From an uncultured Acidobacteriota bacterium (GTDB taxonomy: Bacteria; Acidobacteriota; JAQAZP01), in the NCBI GenBank assembly GCA_963836075.1, contig CAWIIB010000009.1, positions 448,001 through 512,000 of the forward strand: a stretch of 64,000 nucleotides of DNA, in the 5' to 3' direction. How positions within the stretch are numbered: position 1 is the first letter of the stretch; the number at the start of each line of letters is the position of its first letter. The position numbers and the translations under genes are program-made. Positions 60,986 through 64,000 of the stretch are shown here, one piece after another. The notes beneath the pieces were generated by a model, which worked only from the letters and a program-made list of their open reading frames with translations, did not search any database and was not told the DNA's origin.

Positions 60986-63358
60986 TCAGCATTCAGCGGA
61001 GGGATCATTCAGGCTGGCGGTTTCCAGTGCCCGGCGCACCGAAGCCATCAACTCCTCGTCGGTGAACGGCTTCTCCAGGTACTGGAAGTTGCTCACCCGG
61101 ACGAAGTTCAGTTCCGATTCCTTCACCGCGTACCCGCTGGTCAGCACCACGGCCAGTTTCGGATTGTCGGCGATGAGATCCTTGACCAGGTGAATCCCGC
61201 TGCGGCCGGGGAGCATGATGTCGGCCAGCAGGAGATCGAAGCTCTCCGACTGGTGCCCGAAGTTCATCTCTGCCTCTTCCGCGCTCTCCGCTTCGGCCAC
61301 TTCGTACCCGAACTCGCGCAGGATGCTGGCAATGAACCGGCGCACCACGTGTTCGTCCTCCACCACCAGCACCCGCTTCTCCTCTCTGGCCGCCTGCTCA
61401 ACGGGCCGGGGCTCCTCCGTAACCGGCGAAGACTCGTCCCTGCTGAGCGGGAGGTAGATGCAGAAACTGCTTCCCAGACCCGGTTCGCTCTCCACCGTGA
61501 TCACGCCCCCATGCTGCTGGACGATGCCATAGACCATCGAGAGCCCCAGGCCGGTGCCCTCGACAAGACCCTTGGTGCTGAAGAAGGGTTCAAAAATGTG
61601 GCGCAGCTGCTTTTTCTCCAGGCCGATACCGGTATCGCGAACCGCGAGACAGACGAACTGACCGGGCAGGGCATCCGGGTTGTCGCGCAGTTCATCGGCA
61701 CCAAGGTCAACCGGTGTGGTTTCGATGGTCAGGGTTCCGCCATCCTTCATCGCGTCCCGGGCGTTGAGCACCAGGTTCATCAACACCTGTTCCAGCTGAC
61801 CCGGGTCGGCCTTGATCGTCCCCAGGCCGGGGGTGAGCCGGAGGATCACCTGGATGTTCGAACTGATCAGGCTGGAGAGCATGTTCCACATGCCGTGAAC
61901 GATGCTGTTCACATTGAACAGCTCCGGCTTCATCGCCTGCTTGCGGCTAAAGGTCAGCAGCTGACGGGTCAGCCGGGCCGCACGCTCGGCAGCCATGCTG
62001 ATCTCCCGGGCGTTCTCGTGCAACGGGTCCTCCGGGTCCATTTTCCGTACCAGCGATTTGCCGTAGCCGAGGATTGCCGTAAGCAGGTTGTTGAAATCGT
62101 GGGCCACCCCGCCGGCCAGCCGGCCCACCGCCTCCATCTTGTGCGCCTGGAAAATACGCTGCTCCAGTTTCTTCGAATCGTCGATGTCGAGAATGATTCC
62201 CTGGACGGCACGCCGGCCGGCCAGATCGATCACGCTTGACGAGAGCCTGACCCATCGTATCGCACCATCCTTGCGCACCACTCGGAACTCGTTGGTTGAG
62301 GGCTCTCTTTCCCCCGACAAGAGGGCGTTGATCCGGGTGAATGTAACCTCCTGGTCGTCGTGGTGGATGGTGGCTCTGATCTCCGTTTCCACCATCGCCA
62401 TCAGTTCGGGGATGGTGTATCCGAGGATATTGGCAAACGAACTGTTGACATACTGAAAGCGCCCGTCACCGATCACCACGATCCCCTGCTGGGACTGCTC
62501 AACCAGGTTGCGATACTTCTCCTCCGAATCCCGCAGCGCCGACTCCATCTTCTTCTGCTCGGTGATGTCCCTGGCAAAGATGGCAAAACGGACAACCTGT
62601 TCCCCGGCATCGTCGTGGATCGGGTAGATGGTGTAGTCGTACCAGCGCCCGCCACGCTGGTCCACCTGGCGCACCGGCTTGCCGGTCCGCTGGACTTCTT
62701 GACCAAAGGGCTTGCGCTGCTCACCCACATCGGCGGAGAAATAACGGAAGACATTCTGCCCGCGCAACTCCTCCACGGTGGTGCCGAAACTCCGGGCGGC
62801 CCACTGGTTGGCGGTGACAATGGTGCCGTCCGGCTCGACCAGCAGCGCCGTGTCGTACGGGGCGTTGAGCAGGGCCCGGGCGGTGGTTTCGCTGGCCCGC
62901 AACGCCGCCTCGGTAGCCCGCTCCTCGGTGATGTCACGAGAGTAGATGGCCAAGAGGTTGACCTTGGCGCCGGATGCGTCCATCACGGGGACCACCCTGT
63001 AGTTGTACCACCGCCCGCCACGTTGGTCGATGTTGCGTACCGGTTTGCCGGTGCTGACCACCCGGTCAAGAAGCGGCCGTCGTGCCCGGCCCAGCTCGGG
63101 CGTGATCAGGTCGTAGATATTCCGGCCGGTCAACTCCTCCACCGAAAGATTCAGCGACCTGGCGGCCAGTTCGTTGAGCGTGACAATGGTTCCGTCCAGT
63201 TCCAACAGAAAAGCCAGGTCGACGGGGGCGTTGAGCAGGGCCCGCACTGTCTCCTCGCTCTCCCGGAGCTTCCGGCCGGTCTTGTAAGAGTCGACGACCC
63301 GGCGCAGCGCTGCCAGCTCCGCCAGCAGCTCCTCTCTGGATTTGTCCTGGTCGCTCAT
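60986..63358 (-). CDS. Hybrid sensor histidine kinase with three PAS domains and a receiver domain
   Basis: PAS/PAC repeats, KMEAVGRLAGGVAHDFNNLL, NLVLNARDAM, D.G.G, FEPFFSTK, GTGLGL, LVVEDE, D..LPG, KPF. Start at MSDQDK. Confidence 0.95.
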   Translation of the reverse strand: MSDQDKSREELLAELAALRRVVDSYKTGRKLRESEETVRALLNAPVDLAFLLELDGTIVTLNELAARSLNLSVEELTGRNIYDLITPELGRARRPLLDRVVSTGKPVRNIDQRGGRWYNYRVVPVMDASGAKVNLLAIYSRDITEERATEAALRASETTARALLNAPYDTALLVEPDGTIVTANQWAARSFGTTVEELRGQNVFRYFSADVGEQRKPFGQEVQRTGKPVRQVDQRGGRWYDYTIYPIHDDAGEQVVRFAIFARDITEQKKMESALRDSEEKYRNLVEQSQQGIVVIGDGRFQYVNSSFANILGYTIPELMAMVETEIRATIHHDDQEVTFTRINALLSGEREPSTNEFRVVRKDGAIRWVRLSSSVIDLAGRRAVQGIILDIDDSKKLEQRIFQAHKMEAVGRLAGGVAHDFNNLLTAILGYGKSLVRKMDPEDPLHENAREISMAAERAARLTRQLLTFSRKQAMKPELFNVNSIVHGMWNMLSSLISSNIQVILRLTPGLGTIKADPGQLEQVLMNLVLNARDAMKDGGTLTIETTPVDLGADELRDNPDALPGQFVCLAVRDTGIGLEKKQLRHIFEPFFSTKGLVEGTGLGLSMVYGIVQQHGGVITVESEPGLGSSFCIYLPLSRDESSPVTEEPRPVEQAAREEKRVLVVEDEHVVRRFIASILREFGYEVAEAESAEEAEMNFGHQSESFDLLLADIMLPGRSGIHLVKDLIADNPKLAVVLTSGYAVKESELNFVRVSNFQYLEKPFTDEELMASVRRALETASLNDPSAEC

Positions 63359-63450
63359 CCTGTTCCCCCGGTTCAGTCTGCAGATTGCCATGAGAGGGAA
63401 GTCTATCACCAAAATCGGGATTGTTCGAAGCGACAGGAGGGGGCGGGGGA

Positions 63451-63583
63451 GGGACGTACATAAAAAGCATAAAAAGTATAACTTTCGCTGGCCCGCCACA
63501 CGGTGGGGTCCGCTGAACTGGACCACAAAGACCCCAACAAGGTTCACGAAAGATATACTTTTTATGCTTTTTATGTACGTCCC
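63451..63583. mobile_element. 133-bp MITE/REPIN-like element with 37-bp terminal inverted repeats
   Basis: GGGACGTACATAAAAAGCATAAAAAGTATAACTTTCG (63451-63487) versus 63547-63583: 36/37 complementary. Confidence 0.7.
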
Positions 63584-63592
63584 CGCTGGTGC

Positions 63593-63994
63593 TCAGGCGA
63601 GAATCCGCTTCACCTCAGCCATGAAATCCTCGCGGACGATCGGTTTGGAGAAGAAGCCCTCCGGCGGCGGGATCACCTTCCGCGTGTTGAGGAACTCCTT
63701 GAAGGGGGCCGGGTCGCCGCCCTTGCCGGTGACCGCAGTGACCACCACCACCGGGATGTGGGACAGTTCGGCGTCCTCCTTCAGGTTGCGGTAAAAACGG
63801 ATTCCCGACTGTTCGGGCATGGTGATGTCGAGGCAGATCAGGTCCGGGTGGTTTTCCTTCGCCTTCTCCATCCCTTCGATGCCGTTGGCGGCGGTGACGG
63901 TCTCGAACCCGTTGTCCTCGAGCAGCATGGAGAGGTAGGTCACCACGTCCGGTTCGTCGTCGATCACCAGCACCTGTTTCTTTTCATCACTCAT
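63593..63994 (-). CDS. Single-domain response regulator
   Basis: VLVIDDE, PDLI.LDI.MP..SG, VTA, KP. Confidence 0.95.
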   Translation of the reverse strand: MSDEKKQVLVIDDEPDVVTYLSMLLEDNGFETVTAANGIEGMEKAKENHPDLICLDITMPEQSGIRFYRNLKEDAELSHIPVVVVTAVTGKGGDPAPFKEFLNTRKVIPPPEGFFSKPIVREDFMAEVKRILA

Positions 63995-64000
63995 GACTGG

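Noticed and set aside
63359-63547. N-terminal extension of the hybrid kinase in the ORF track
   Set aside because: It runs through the inverted-repeat element; the RBS-like GGGGGAACAGG supports the ATG at 63358.

Overview
64 kb of high-GC bacterial chromosome from a diderm (TolC-type factor, lipoproteins, PEP-CTERM) and probably anaerobic organism (IOR, rubredoxin domains); an Acidobacteriota-like lineage is a guess from gene content. No rRNA, tRNA or CRISPR array was seen. Layout: (1) 1-11.3 kb, an accessory patchwork in which intact genes (SPFH/Arc pair, secreted protein, membrane Ser/Thr kinase, VapBC, FG-GAP protein, HicAB) are separated by short gene remnants and GGGGAC..GTCCCC palindromes; (2) a hydantoinase/oxoprolinase A-B pair whose two ends have decayed copies elsewhere in the window; (3) a very GC-rich envelope-modification cluster around ribBA (methyltransferase, nucleotidyltransferase-like protein, B12 radical SAM, FG-GAP lipoprotein, two GT-C enzymes, flippase, sulfatase-like lipoprotein); (4) a lower-GC MscS plus giant cyclic beta-1,2-glucan synthase-like block; (5) an MFS transporter, a minimal (GGGH)n PEP-CTERM protein and a MarR-RND efflux operon; (6) repair and oxidative-stress genes, iorAB, a PAS hybrid kinase and response regulator with a MITE-like element between them. 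Many long genes carry single-base frameshifts that look like sequencing or assembly errors. All family calls come from motif recognition by eye, not database searches.
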